Of a stretch of 64,000 nucleotides of DNA, positions 1 through 14,395 are shown piece by piece. The DNA is from Schmidtea polychroa (Eukaryota), in the NCBI GenBank assembly GCA_044892525.1, contig CM097885.1, forward strand, positions 15,812,001 through 15,876,000. Direction: 5' to 3'. The translations under genes were made by a program, and so were the position numbers. Under the pieces are notes generated by a model. That model did no database searches and was not told the DNA's origin. It was given only the letters and a program-made list of their open reading frames with translations. Position 1 is the first letter of the stretch. Each line of letters begins with the position of its first letter.

Positions 1-2463
1 GATACACAACCCTCATACATTGACCTTATATCAGATAAACCCATAACAGACACAGAACTCAACGAATCCATACTCAAACTTGACAGCACATCAGCCCCAG
101 GTAGTGACAAAATCACATACAAAGAGTGGAAAAAGATAGACCCGAAAAACAAATTTAGACTGGCACTTTTTAACAACATACTACGCAATGGACATAGTCC
201 CAAAACGTGGAAAACCTTTAGAACGAAACTCATCCTTAAACCAGGCAAAGAGCAATCACCGCATGAAGTATCATCCTGGAGACCGCTTGCTATACTGGAC
301 TCAGCATATCGCACATTTGCCTCAATCATGAATGATAGACTTCTCTCCTGGATTCAGCTAGGACACCTGTTGAGCACTAACCAGAAAGCGGTGGGAACTC
401 CGGATGGATGCGCTGAACATAACACAGTTATCAGTCTCGCCAAGGAATGTGCAGTGAGAAATGGGACGGATATTAATATCATCTGGCTGGACCTTGCGGA
501 TGCTTTTGGTAGCCTTCCGCATGACCTTATTTGGCATACCCTGTCGAGACTGAAACTGAAGGCAAAAACAATCGATCTTATTAAAGAAATGTATACTGAC
601 TGCTACTCAATATACGAATGCGAGGACCGACGATCAAGGGAGATACGGATAAACAATGGAGTCAAGCAAGGCTGCCCAATGTCTATGACTCTGTTCAGCC
701 TCTCCATTGACTATATCCTCCAGAAAATCCTCAAACAACACCCACTTGTTATAGATGGACACAATATAAGCATAATGGCATATGCAGATGACATTGTCAT
801 GATCTCCAACACACGGCAAGAAATAGGTAACATGTTACGAACTATAGTTGAACTCTCTGACATATCTCACCTTAAATTCAGACCCTCTAAGTGCGGCTAC
901 TTCCAACTACAACGAAACCACAAAGAGATACCCCTAACTATATACAAGGAAAAAATACCCATCATTGATCACGACAACATATATAAATACCTAGGAGTTG
1001 ACTTCGGCCAGAAAGGCAAACATGACATTGACAACACACTCATAAAAGCGATTGATGACACGACAAAAATAATGACCTCTGACCTACACCCAGCACAAAA
1101 ACTTCAAGCATACAAGACTTTCATACACTCTAGACTAATATTTCCATTCAGAAACTGTACAATCAACAACATGATTCTTGACAGCAACAGAAACAAAGTA
1201 GTACAAAATAGACCCAAACAATTAGGATATGACCAAAAAATAAAGAGAATATTAAAAGATACACTAGATGATATACACCAAAACATTAATAACAACTTCT
1301 TTTATGCACATTGTAAACTAGGAGGTCTTGGCATAGTGCCTAGTATAGATGAATACATGATACAAGGCATCACACACATCATCAAAATACTACACACACG
1401 AGACACTAGCATGAGGGAATTCATAATCCAGCAAATGATAGCAGTAGCCAAAATACGATTTAAACACACCACAATAGACATACACCAAACACTACGCTGG
1501 ATTAATGCAGACATTAAAGGTGACATAAGTGGACCAGCAACTGTATTCGGAAAATTTCGGTCTGCCATAAAAAGAATGAATGAGAAATTCGGCATCAAAA
1601 TCACACTGACACTTGACAACAACAAATACATACTACTCCTGAAAACAAAAGACTACACCATATATATTAACGACACAAACCTCACAGAAACCTCTGCCAA
1701 ACTACATGAAATCACAAGTGAATGGTATGCAGATCAATGGTACCAGATGACATGTCAAGGATACATTTCTAGGACCATAGGCGCAAATAGACAATCAGCA
1801 CACCTAATCAAATCACACACCCTGACAGATAAACAATACATATTTCTCATTAAAGCAAGAAACAACATGATAAGCCTCAACTATAGTGCATACAGAATGA
1901 AAGAAAACATGAATACAAAATGTAGGCTCTGTAATGCTGAACCAGAAACACAAGCACACATATTCAATCACTGCCTCAAAACAACAAATGCTAGGAGAAA
2001 CAAACACAATAAGGTCATGGATAAAGTTAGCGGGTATCTCATTTCGAAAGGTTTCCAAGTAGACGTAGAACGCCCACCCCCCGGAATAGACACTAGGCTA
2101 AGACCAGACCTCATCATCAAAACAAAAAGGAATAACAAAATCCACATACTTGACATTAAGGTACCCTATGACCGTGAAGAAAACTTCAAAACTGCCAGAG
2201 AAGACAACTACAAAAAATACAGAACATTGGCAATTGAAACAGGGAAAAAGAACGACTGCAAGACTACATTGGATGCGCTAGTTGTCGGCACTCTAGGCTC
2301 CTGGGACAAAAATAACGACACAGCACTTACCAAGATAGGACTAAACAACAGCGAAATCAAAGCTATAGCCAAGCTATGTATGAGAACAGCAGTGGCTGCC
2401 AGCTTTGCAATATACATGGATCACATAACAAATATAAGTAAACCATTATCAAACACACAATAA
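1..2463 (+). CDS. Non-LTR retrotransposon ORF: reverse transcriptase + CCHC knuckle + restriction-like endonuclease (RLE class, NeSL/Utopia-like); 5' end outside window
   Basis: Frame of ORF 328-2463 is open back to base 1 (SAPGSDKITY). RT motifs WLDLADAFGS, GVKQGCPMS, YADD, YKYLG; CRLC-x8-H-x4-C knuckle; RPDL...ILDIK endonuclease motif; LGSW near the C-terminus. Confidence 0.93.
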   Translation, partial: DTQPSYIDLISDKPITDTELNESILKLDSTSAPGSDKITYKEWKKIDPKNKFRLALFNNILRNGHSPKTWKTFRTKLILKPGKEQSPHEVSSWRPLAILDSAYRTFASIMNDRLLSWIQLGHLLSTNQKAVGTPDGCAEHNTVISLAKECAVRNGTDINIIWLDLADAFGSLPHDLIWHTLSRLKLKAKTIDLIKEMYTDCYSIYECEDRRSREIRINNGVKQGCPMSMTLFSLSIDYILQKILKQHPLVIDGHNISIMAYADDIVMISNTRQEIGNMLRTIVELSDISHLKFRPSKCGYFQLQRNHKEIPLTIYKEKIPIIDHDNIYKYLGVDFGQKGKHDIDNTLIKAIDDTTKIMTSDLHPAQKLQAYKTFIHSRLIFPFRNCTINNMILDSNRNKVVQNRPKQLGYDQKIKRILKDTLDDIHQNINNNFFYAHCKLGGLGIVPSIDEYMIQGITHIIKILHTRDTSMREFIIQQMIAVAKIRFKHTTIDIHQTLRWINADIKGDISGPATVFGKFRSAIKRMNEKFGIKITLTLDNNKYILLLKTKDYTIYINDTNLTETSAKLHEITSEWYADQWYQMTCQGYISRTIGANRQSAHLIKSHTLTDKQYIFLIKARNNMISLNYSAYRMKENMNTKCRLCNAEPETQAHIFNHCLKTTNARRNKHNKVMDKVSGYLISKGFQVDVERPPPGIDTRLRPDLIIKTKRNNKIHILDIKVPYDREENFKTAREDNYKKYRTLAIETGKKNDCKTTLDALVVGTLGSWDKNNDTALTKIGLNNSEIKAIAKLCMRTAVAASFAIYMDHITNISKPLSNTQ

Positions 2464-2528
2464 GATACATACCAACACAAACCCGTTCTAACCACCATGA
2501 TCTCAGTTAAGCAGAATATTGTGTTATG

Positions 2529-2986
<458 letters not shown>

Positions 2987-3133
2987 CTATACTAATGATA
3001 ACAGAATGTCTGCGACACAGGAGAGGGGCTTAGGAACAGGTAATAAAAATAATAAACCTAAAATTGCATCTAATGGCACAGAGTGCTTATTAGTGCAAGT
3101 ACCCTAACGGACCCCAGATCAGAAATGGGTCTT

Positions 3134-6039
3134 TTAGGGTAGACTAAAAAAGCAAAAATAAATGTAGTCAGAGGCATAAATAACCAACTGACACATAACA
3201 AACATGTAAATGGTTTGATAACTCGCCAATATCAAATCATTGAGCGGTTTTATCTCTGATATTCCCGTGAAGCACTGCATAATAGTGCTCAAATCCTTGG
3301 CCACCAGCGTAGTGATGACTGATGATCCCTCATGGGAACACAGAAGAAAATAATTCGTTTAAAAATCAAACCCGTTATGCTATGACCGCTTTGAGGTTGA
3401 AGCTCATCCGCCAGGATCCGACCTTCTCTTTGGAGCGGTAGGTAAAACCAAGCTTTGAACCAATTACCTACTTGTGAAGATGTGTTTCGTGATTACTGTT
3501 ACAATGAGAAATGTACGCAATTTCATACTGGCTTTAACGAACAAGCAACTCTTCTCGCAAATAAGGTGAAGGAAATTTATATGAAGGCAAGTATCCCAAC
3601 TGTTGAGTTCAGTAGTAGTGTGGTTCGTGTCAAGCGACTAATATCAAAAGTGCGTGAATTAGAGAAGTATCCAGAATGCAAGAGGTCATCTGCCAAATTT
3701 CAAGATAAGTTAAGCTCGTTTTCCAAATTGTTTGACATATGTTGCTGCAAATGTTTTAATGATGGTGCTCGTGGAAGAAGTCAGTGTACATGCCGATTGG
3801 CCTTGAAAATTCCTACCTTAGAGTGGGAGTTCTGGATTGACCAACAAACTACCAGAAACATGAAAATCGGAAATACGGACAGACAGGAAACCTCAAAATT
3901 GAAGAGAAAACAAACGAAAAGCAGCCGTACAGGAAAAGGAAAACAAATGAAAAATGAAATAATGGACACTGAAGTTAACGATCTACATCCGACCTCAAGA
4001 AGTGACACGGAGAGTGAAGCCGCTAGTGATGAAAGTAAAGATAAGTTAGACAATTCAACAGAAAGCTCAGAGTCAAGCGTAGAAGAATGTGATGAATTTC
4101 AAAATAGAAGACATTATCCTGAATTAAGTAAAGCTGTTGACAGATGTGGTGTGAGCAACAGAGACACTTGTTTGCTAGTAAACGCTTTTCTGAAAGATAT
4201 GGAACTGTTATCCTCTCAAACAATCATCGATCCCGCAAAATTACGGCGTCAGAGAAAGTACGGGAGGGAGAGAGAAATTGAACAGCATTCAGCAGAAGCG
4301 AAAAACTTGATTTGCCTCGGTTTCGACGGGAAACAAGATTCCACCTTACTTCATAGAAGGATCCTAAAAGAGGAGCATTATGTGATTGTCGCCTTTCCAG
4401 GGGATACATATATCGATCATGTTGTACCTCAAAGTAGTAAAGCTGTGGATATTGGCAAAGAAATCATGTCAATCATCGTTAGCACGCAGTCCTCACTGAC
4501 CCTTCAAGCAATTGTGTGCGATGGAACCAATACAAACACCGGAAAAAATAATGGAATAATCAGAAGACTCGAAAAAAGCCTAGGGCGACCTCTACAATGG
4601 CTGATATGCTTGTTGCATGTAAATGAATTGCCATTCAGGAAGTATTTTTCAGTCGTCGATGGTGGAGAAACAAAAGGTCCAAAAACGTCATGTGGTGAAA
4701 TAGGAAGCGTTCTTGATTTTGATCCAAAAGACAAGCCCGTAGTAGCCTTTATGTCCCTTCCTGGAAAGGTCGTAGATATTAGTGAAAATGTCAAGAAAGA
4801 ATTGAACACTGATCAATTGTATTTCCTCAGAGTATGCTTGGCAGTCCAGAAAGGGTACCACAACAACAAGGATGTCCCTTTTCTACAAAGTGCACAACCA
4901 GGAAATTTGAATCACAGTCGCTGGCTAACGAAAGCTAATAGAATTCTGCGACTATATATGTCCGAAACTGCTCCATCTGAACCTCTCATGCGAATAGTGA
5001 AATTTATTGTCAATTTCTATGGACCGTCATGGTTTTATATAAAGACTCACTCGTCATGCCAAGATGGTGCAAGAAATATTTTTTATATGCTCCAACTTCT
5101 GCAGGATTTGGATCCATCAGACCAAGAAATCATCTTTCCTGTCATTCAGAACAACAATTACTTCTCACATCCAGAAAATATACTCCTAGCTGCTGTTGGT
5201 GATGATGATGAAGAAATCAGAAAGTTTGCAACAGAAAAAATCATAACTGCAAGACAAAATTTTCTCCCTTCCGAAGTGATTCGCACTATGGACAAGAATA
5301 CTGTCTTTCTTCAGTCGTCTGCTACATCATATGTTGACATGATTGACTGGACAAAATGTAATTTGACGCCTCCCCCTCTTTTATCTCATATATTGGATCA
5401 TGAATTGAAGATGAATAAGAAAATTACATTAGAACAATTTCCCTGTCATTCTCAAGCCGTTGAAAGAGCCATCAAAGATGTTTTTTCTGCCAGTTGCAAA
5501 GTGTTTGGTCACAAGTCCAGACATGGTATGGTACTACTGTGTAAAAAATCAAGGAAGGAATTGCCCAAGGTGCAAAGCAAAGCTGATTTCATGTGACTTC
5601 TTTTTATGCCCTCGCTAATACATTTCTAAACTTTTGGCTGGATGTTTTTAATAAAAAATAATTTCGAAAGTTGATTTTTGTCTTTGAAAAGGATAATTCA
5701 AATTTGGCCCTTCCTAATCACTGACGTTGTCAGGATATATTTCAATGCGGGATGAGGACACAGAATATACTATCTCAGCCCAAGAGAGTAAATAATATAC
5801 TTAAAGCTCTTAAGAAAGCTACATCTAAATATGGACAAAGGCGCAAAACACATTCCGACACTAGCCAAATTACATTGTTTTCACACTTATGTTGAACTGC
5901 ATTTTCGGAAAAAAGTTGGGAGCAGTAAATGTCCATAAATCTAAGTAAAATGGTTTGATTCGATTTTTCTATACCAAAATACAACTTTTTAACCATGTTT
6001 CCTTTCTTGAACTCAAAATTTATTAACATTCGACCCACC

Positions 6040-6043
<4 letters not shown>
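3134..6043 (+). mobile_element. hAT-superfamily DNA transposon (hATm-like), near full length
   Basis: Termini TTAGGGT (3134) and ACCCTAA (6043) enclose a long transposase ORF. No TSD found; (TA)n follows the 3' end. Subfamily label is from motif recall. Confidence 0.75.
3455..5596 (+). CDS. DDE transposase (~713 aa), hATm-like; true start uncertain (TTG only)
   Basis: Motifs GFDGKQD, CDGTNTNTG, ICLLH (CxxH), HSRWLT, FPCHSQAVER. Confidence 0.85.
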   Translation: MNQLPTCEDVFRDYCYNEKCTQFHTGFNEQATLLANKVKEIYMKASIPTVEFSSSVVRVKRLISKVRELEKYPECKRSSAKFQDKLSSFSKLFDICCCKCFNDGARGRSQCTCRLALKIPTLEWEFWIDQQTTRNMKIGNTDRQETSKLKRKQTKSSRTGKGKQMKNEIMDTEVNDLHPTSRSDTESEAASDESKDKLDNSTESSESSVEECDEFQNRRHYPELSKAVDRCGVSNRDTCLLVNAFLKDMELLSSQTIIDPAKLRRQRKYGREREIEQHSAEAKNLICLGFDGKQDSTLLHRRILKEEHYVIVAFPGDTYIDHVVPQSSKAVDIGKEIMSIIVSTQSSLTLQAIVCDGTNTNTGKNNGIIRRLEKSLGRPLQWLICLLHVNELPFRKYFSVVDGGETKGPKTSCGEIGSVLDFDPKDKPVVAFMSLPGKVVDISENVKKELNTDQLYFLRVCLAVQKGYHNNKDVPFLQSAQPGNLNHSRWLTKANRILRLYMSETAPSEPLMRIVKFIVNFYGPSWFYIKTHSSCQDGARNIFYMLQLLQDLDPSDQEIIFPVIQNNNYFSHPENILLAAVGDDDEEIRKFATEKIITARQNFLPSEVIRTMDKNTVFLQSSATSYVDMIDWTKCNLTPPPLLSHILDHELKMNKKITLEQFPCHSQAVERAIKDVFSASCKVFGHKSRHGMVLLCKKSRKELPKVQSKADFM

Positions 6044-6084
<41 letters not shown>

Positions 6085-6086
<2 letters not shown>

Positions 6087-6664
6087 GTAATAAATTTAAA
6101 TAAAATTACATTTATTTTCTTAAAAAAATTTTATTTTACCCTTATTTATTGCCCTTTACACACAGTCAATTTAGATCTCGCTTAGAAATATTTTTCTATC
6201 CTTACGGTGTGTAATACAAAGACATGCAATACAAATGCATGAGTAACAAAGATATTTGCAATGCAAATGCATGAGTAACAAAGACATTTGCAAATGCATG
6301 TGTAACAAAGACATTTGCAAACGTAGTATTAAAACGTGTTTTGACTTTGAAAACTCTCTATAAAGTAATTCGTTAAATGGACTTAAGAAAATTTTTAAAA
6401 TTTTTAATTTTGACCTCAATTTGACCTTAAAATTAAGTGGTAAGGGTAGGGGGTTGACCTTAAAATTTTCTATGACCTTAAATTGAGAAAAAATTAGACT
6501 TTGGCCTCAAAAGTTGACCTTAAAATAGCCTAAAATCAACATTGACCTCAGAATTTGACCTTAAAATGGCTTAAATTGTCCTGAAAATGACATTGACCTT
6601 AAATTTGACCTTAGGTTGACCTCAAAATTTTCTATAAGTCATCGTGGGCTCACTTCTACCTACT
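6085..6664 (-). mobile_element. Repeat-rich terminus, possibly a Polinton/Maverick TIR fragment (mirror 44361-44985)
   Basis: Begins AGTAGGTAG on the minus strand at 6664, then many TTGACCT/AGGTCAA and GTAACAAAGACATTTGCA repeats; abuts the truncated hAT. Family call rests on the AGTAG-type end. Confidence 0.4.
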
Positions 6665-8170
<1,506 letters not shown>

Positions 8171-8183
8171 TTTCAACCAAATA

Positions 8184-8411
8184 CACTCATACCTCGCTTT
8201 ACGGCCTAGATACGTTCCAGGAAAGTTGGCCGCAAAGCGAAACGTCGCATAACGAATCAAATATTTTGATACAATTCCATATACAATTCAATAGGATTTT
8301 TGGCCGTATAACGAAACATTTTAGGCCGTAAATCGAAAAAGTGCCGTAAATAAAGTAGGCCGTTATAGCGAAAAGCCGTATAAAGAGCAGCCGTATAGCG
8401 AGGTATGAGTG
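8184..8411. mobile_element. 228-bp Tc1/mariner-type MITE (mirror 42732-42959)
   Basis: TIRs CACTCATACCTCGCT...AGCGAGGTATGAGTG, flanked by TA on both sides. Confidence 0.9.
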
Positions 8412-8532
8412 TACTATGCAACACCTAAAAATTAACTAAACACATAAAAATAACTAGACACATAACAAACATAAAAATTTACCAAACACATAAAAAGAAC
8501 AAAGTAAAGATATAAAATTTTATTTAATAAAA

Positions 8533-8781
8533 TCAATCTTCGTCAGATAAAATAATGTCATCAATATCAATATCATCTTCACCAACAACTTCTCCAACAT
8601 CTTCTCCAACATCTTCTTCATCAAATTCTTCATCATCTTCTCCAACATTTAATTGACTTAATCTTACATGCCCATATGCTAAACTAGTATTTTTCCCCAC
8701 CCAAACCCTTTTGTCATCTGCGTTAGTTAGTGCTATTTTAGTATTTTTAATTGTATAAATTTGATGGTTTTTGCTTGTTAT
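8533..8781 (-). pseudogene. C-terminal fragment of a Polinton/adintovirus-type protein-primed DNA polymerase B
   Basis: Own translation (not in ORF track): ITSKNHQIYTIKNTKIALTNADDKRVWVGKNTSLAYGHVRL + acidic tail + stop; matches the recalled H-x-IYT...K-x-AL...DDKR...AYGH end of this family. Confidence 0.75.
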
Positions 8782-9506
8782 TTTTTTTGAGGAGTCCAGT
8801 TGTCTTGGAACCGAAATTGGAACCAGTTGTTGATAAATGGGAAATCGATGAATCTAACATTGAACAAATATTGAATGTAACAGATGAATCTAATAAATGG
8901 TTCTCATCAAAAGAAGCCAAAATTCAAAAGAAAAACAAAAGGACAAAAGCTTAAGTAAACAAGTATTAATACTAAAACGTGTAAAAATCCATATAAATTG
9001 ATTAATACAGTAGAACTGTAAAGGAGGAAAAGAAGATAACTCCCATCCCTGAAGCAAAACCACCTGAACAGCCAACAGACAGCAGGTTACTTATCATACC
9101 AAGGGATTCAGTGATAACTGCAACTGGAAAAGAAAATGACAATATATCAAAAGTTAGTTTTAATTTGATTTTTATTTCTCGATATTACATTGTTTATTAT
9201 CCTAATATCAATTAATATCTGTTAATATCGATTGATATTCATTGATATCTATTAATATCCAATAATATCGATTGATATTCATTGATATCTATTAATATCA
9301 ATATCCAATTATTATATATTCTTTTAATTTAATATTTTTAACATTTTTCCTTGGAATCAACATTTATTAATCAATTAAAAAATTATGAATTTATAAAATT
9401 TTTTACATAAAATAATTGATCAATATTTATATAAATTAATTATTTTTATTATTTGATCAATTTTTCATACAAATCAATCATTTTTTATATCAATGATATC
9501 TTGGAT

Positions 9507-9965
9507 CAAGGGTTTGGAACCTGCGGCCCACGGAGCCTTATCGAAATAAATCTTAATTTACAAAAAGAACCATGAATTTTGAGAATTTACAAATGAAAAT
9601 ACTTGTAACTACTGGACTGCATATATCGTACTGTATAAGAATGCCACCGAGTACAAAGAACGAAATATAAAAGTCAATTATTCACATCCATAAATACAAA
9701 ACGTTTGTAGAAGAATAAATAAGATTATTTGTGAAATGATGACTTATTTGCATCAACTTTTCGATTCAGAAATAAAAAACATATTCCAGAATATTTCATA
9801 CAACTGCATTATTCAAATCTGGAGACTGATTATAAACATTGTTTTAATTACTAACTGTATATAAAATGAAATTAATTAATGTTAAAATACTTTTTGACTG
9901 CGGCCCCATTTGGAGGCCACAAATTTCAATGTGGCCTATGGAAATAAAAAGGTTCCCCACCCCTG
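9507..9965. mobile_element. 459-bp hAT (Charlie-like) MITE in an intron (mirror 41178-41636)
   Basis: Ends CAAGGGTTTGGAACCT and AGGTTCCCCACCCCTG; degenerate 8-bp TSD TCTTGGAT/TCTTTGCT. Confidence 0.8.
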
Positions 9966-10272
9966 TCTTTGCTGATGATGTTTGACCTCAGAACAACTTC
10001 TATATAGTAAAATTAATTCATAAAGAATCGATTTAATTTTGAATTTAAAAATTTTTTTTCAGTTTGTAATTTTCCATTCAAATTAATTTATTAAACATTT
10101 TGATCTAAATTGATTGATTTTATAAATGATTCAAATGGAAATTAAATCAATAACAGTTTACAGGAAACAATTGTGCAGAATTATAATCTAGTGCAGTTCA
10201 ATTTAATCCATTTTATTAAACACGGAAAGCGATTTATAACAACAATATATAAATTTGAGATTTAAATATTAA

Positions 10273-10504
10273 CCCTTTCGCCCCTATTGGGACAATACGT
10301 CCCGGAAACTTTCATCATGATCCTACTGGGATATTTTGAATGGTCCATAAAAGCCTATTGGGACTTATTATCCCAGGACTTTCTAGGATATTCAGAAGCG
10401 CCACGATTACAAAAATGAGAATATTTCATATTTAGGTCAATATTAACAAGTTCCAATATATAAATTTAGCATAGTGTCATTAGCGGAAAGTCGGTGCGAA
10501 AGGG
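10273..10504. mobile_element. 232-bp piggyBac-type MITE (mirror 40639-40870)
   Basis: TTAA on both sides; TIR CCCTTTCGC...GCGAAAGGG. Confidence 0.9.
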
Positions 10505-13500
10505 TTAAGTATTAATAAAATAAATCAATAAAAAGGATTTTACCAAAAAGATTGAGCAATTTACCATTTGATCGATTTAAAGAAGGAAATGAAGAAACTC
10601 AAATCTCAATATATATATATATATATATTAATTTGTATTTGAGGTAGAAATTTAAAAATTACGTACTAAGAAAATAAATCAAAAAAAGGATTTTAGCAAA
10701 AATTTTACCATTTGAAGGAAATGAAGAACCTCAAATATGAAAAGCATGTAGAATTTAAAAATTTAATAATTTGTCAATATTTTCACAATTAAATCAATAA
10801 TTATTGAACTGATAATGTAGGAATTTCATAAATTTTGATAATATTGATGGCATAAATTGAATTTTACTTGTATCAATTGCATTTTTAAACCTAAAATTTA
10901 AGACAGTAACTGCTTAAATTTTAAATGATTATTAAATGAGCTTGAGGAGTTATAACTGATCACAATATATTATTTTTTCTTATAACTTTTTTATAATGAT
11001 TGATTTAATAAAAATCATTTATAAAATTAAGTGTCAGATAGGACATCGATTGCATTGAAAAGTGACTATTATTTCCAGGGTCAGAACTATTAATTAATCG
11101 ATCACAGGTGTTACATAAAACCAGAATTCATTTTCTCAATTTCATTATTGAAATTACGTTTGTTCAGGTTAGACCAATAAGAATTGAATTGGAAAATCGA
11201 AAATCTGATTCACCATCAATATGGGGTCCAGTGAAAACCACTCCAACCGCAATTTCCACATCATTTATCCAAATACAGGCGGAAGAAAGTATTAAAATGA
11301 AAAAAGAAAAGAAATCCAATGAGCCGGAAATTCAACCAACGGTAGGAATTTTATACTGACTCCAATAAGAAATTATACTAACACAATAAAATTAATGATT
11401 TATATTATATATTCCATAGTTTGCCCTTACTTTATTACTTATATAACAATTTCTAACAATATCATAAAATGAATTTAATTAACTTTTTGATTGTTGAAAT
11501 AACTAAATATACTAAAATCCTAAAAAGTATGCATATTCCCTTCTATGTAATCACTGAAACCAATCAAGTAAGAGGAGAGGAACAATATACATCAATGATT
11601 ATCTCAGAATACCAGGTGTTGATATAGATTGTTACAATTGAAATGCCCCCATTATTCCATTCCCTATATAAAATATTTATTAAAAAGCCTGAAAATATAT
11701 CGATGTTTTTGATAAATTTACTGATTCATATTCTTCAAGCTCTTCTTTTTATAAATATAATGGAAAATAAATTAGTGGTGAAGTTTGAAAAAAAAAGTTC
11801 TTATTATCCATAAAATCCTTTACTCTGTTCACCTTTTCTCTGTTTTTATTTTTTTAACATTTCACTTATTTTGATTACGATTATAGATCAAAATTTCATT
11901 TATTGCTATTCAACAATAATTTTTGATCTGACGTTGTAATGAAAATAAATGAAATTTTAAAATAATTAAAATTGATTTATATTTAAAATAAATCAATTTT
12001 TTTATTAATAAATTACCCAATAATTTATTATATACAAAAAAAGATTCATTGTACCAAAAATAGGCATTGGAAGGATAATTTATTAATTTGAGTCCATTTC
12101 AATTATTTTCTTATGGTTTTTCAATTTATCATATTTATCTTTAATTTTTTAAAAAATATTATTTTATTGATATTATCTATAAAATCCTTTTCTGTTTTTA
12201 TTTTTTTAACATTTCATTTATTTTGATTACGATTATAGATCAAAATTTCATTTATTGCTAAATAAAATTCATTGAAAATAATTGAAATTTTAAAATAATT
12301 GAAATTGAAAACACAAAAAAGATTAATTGTACCAAAAATAGGCATTGGAAGGATAATTTTTTAATTGGATACTATTTTCTCTTTGGAACAAATACTTTTT
12401 GCCTTGTTGTCGTTTTTATTTTGAAGATAAATCCGTGTCCAGGTGCTATTACAATTATATTTAATCTTAATTCTATGTTTTTTGTTTTATTTTAACATTT
12501 CATTTATTTTCATCACGTCTATTGATCAAAATTAAATCGCTATTTTTCGCTATTCAACACAATAATTTTTAATCTGAATTTGGCAATCTTTTTTGGTGTT
12601 GTGTTAATGACTAGTAAATTAAAATTTCTATATTTGCTTTCTCGTACTTCAGTTACCAATCCCATTTAAATGTAATCTTTGTCGAGTATTTATCATATTT
12701 ATCAAAACTAAATTTTAGCCAATGTAATTATTGATTTATATTATTTCCTATATCACAGTTACTTTCAAATCTGATCAAAATATATATATTCAAGCCTGAT
12801 CTGCACAATATCTGATATTAGAATTGTGTAGATCGATATTTATGTTGGAATTTATGTTTCAATATTTATCCATTACTCGGCATTATCGTTATATTGAAAT
12901 ATTGATTAAACAGTTAAAATACGTAAAATATTGATTATAATAGACTGGCAGATATTGATTAAGTTATAGTTTTTCTTCAATTATTTTCATTTTCTCCAAT
13001 AGGTTGTACGAAATACTTCGCCAAAAGAAACTTGCAAAGTAGAACAGGTAAAGTCAATTTGGAATGCTGCTCCTCAGGCTCAAAAATCACCCAATCAAAT
13101 GGGCACAGAAAATAAATTGTCTGACAGTTCTGTTGTTATGAAAGATTCCGATAAATCAATAAAAGAACAATTACCAACTCTAAAGGAATCTCAGTTAAAA
13201 GTAAAAGTTGATGGAACAGTAAAACCGAAAATAGTAGAAGTAGGTAATAGAAAAAACAAGCAATCAAAATCAACAAATTTGTCTGAATCAAACAAAATTC
13301 CAGTAATCTTGTTATTTACCAACTAGGAACCAATTTCAATTGAATTTATATTTATTAAGTTATTTACTGAAAAGGAAAAATCTATAAAAAATGACATGCC
13401 AGCTTTGATTAAACCTCCGGTAATTGCAACAAAATCTTTGCTGCAAATCCAGGCTGAAGAAACTTTGAAAGAAAAAATAGCAAAAGAGCAACATGAAGTT

Positions 13501-13789
13501 TTAAAAAAATTAGAATTATCAAATGAAGTAATTGATTTTATTTTTTTCATATTATTTAAATTTTGGGCAAAAATTATTGTTATTCTCGCGTGATTCCATG
13601 TGATTGGTCGGGAATTTAAATGCATGTTGAATTCCACGCGTTTCACATAAATTATGGGCAATATCAGGATTTTTCTCTCTGTATTGATTTTAAATTTGCA
13701 CTTTTTATACAGTAATTACTTTAATCCATTAATAGCTCAATAATCCAATAATAACACTAATAATTAAATAATCTAAAAATAACACAAAT

Positions 13790-14395
13790 AATTCATTAAT
13801 GCAATAATAATTCATTATTCCAATAATTATTAATTAATCCAATAATAATTCATTAATCCAATAATTATTCATTAATCCAATAATTATTCATTAATCCAAT
13901 TATTATCCATTAATCATATATTAATTCATTAATCCAATAATAATTCATTAATCCAATAATAATTCATTAATCCAATAATAATTCATTAATCCAATAATAA
14001 TTCATTAATCCAATAATAATTCATTAATCCAATAATTATTAATTAATCCAATAATAATTCATTAATCCAATAATTATTCATTAATCCAATAATTATTAAT
14101 TAATCCAATAATAATTCATTAATCCAATAATTATTCATTAATCCAATAATTATTAATTAATCCAATAATAATTCATTAATCCAATAATTATTCATTAATC
14201 CAATAATAAATCAATAATCCAATAATAATTCATTATTCCAATAATTATTCATTAATCATATATTAATTCATTAATCCAATAATAATTCATTAATCCAATA
14301 ATAATTCATTAATCCAATAATAATTCATTAATCCAATAATAATTCATTAATCCAATAATTATTCAATAATAATTCAATAATAATCCAATAATTAT
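13790..14395 (+). repeat. Intronic 19-bp minisatellite (ATTCATTAATCCAATAATA)n; mirror ~36553-37270
   Basis: Read directly; right copy is 114 bp (6 units) longer by coordinate-sum shift 50949 to 51063. Confidence 0.93.
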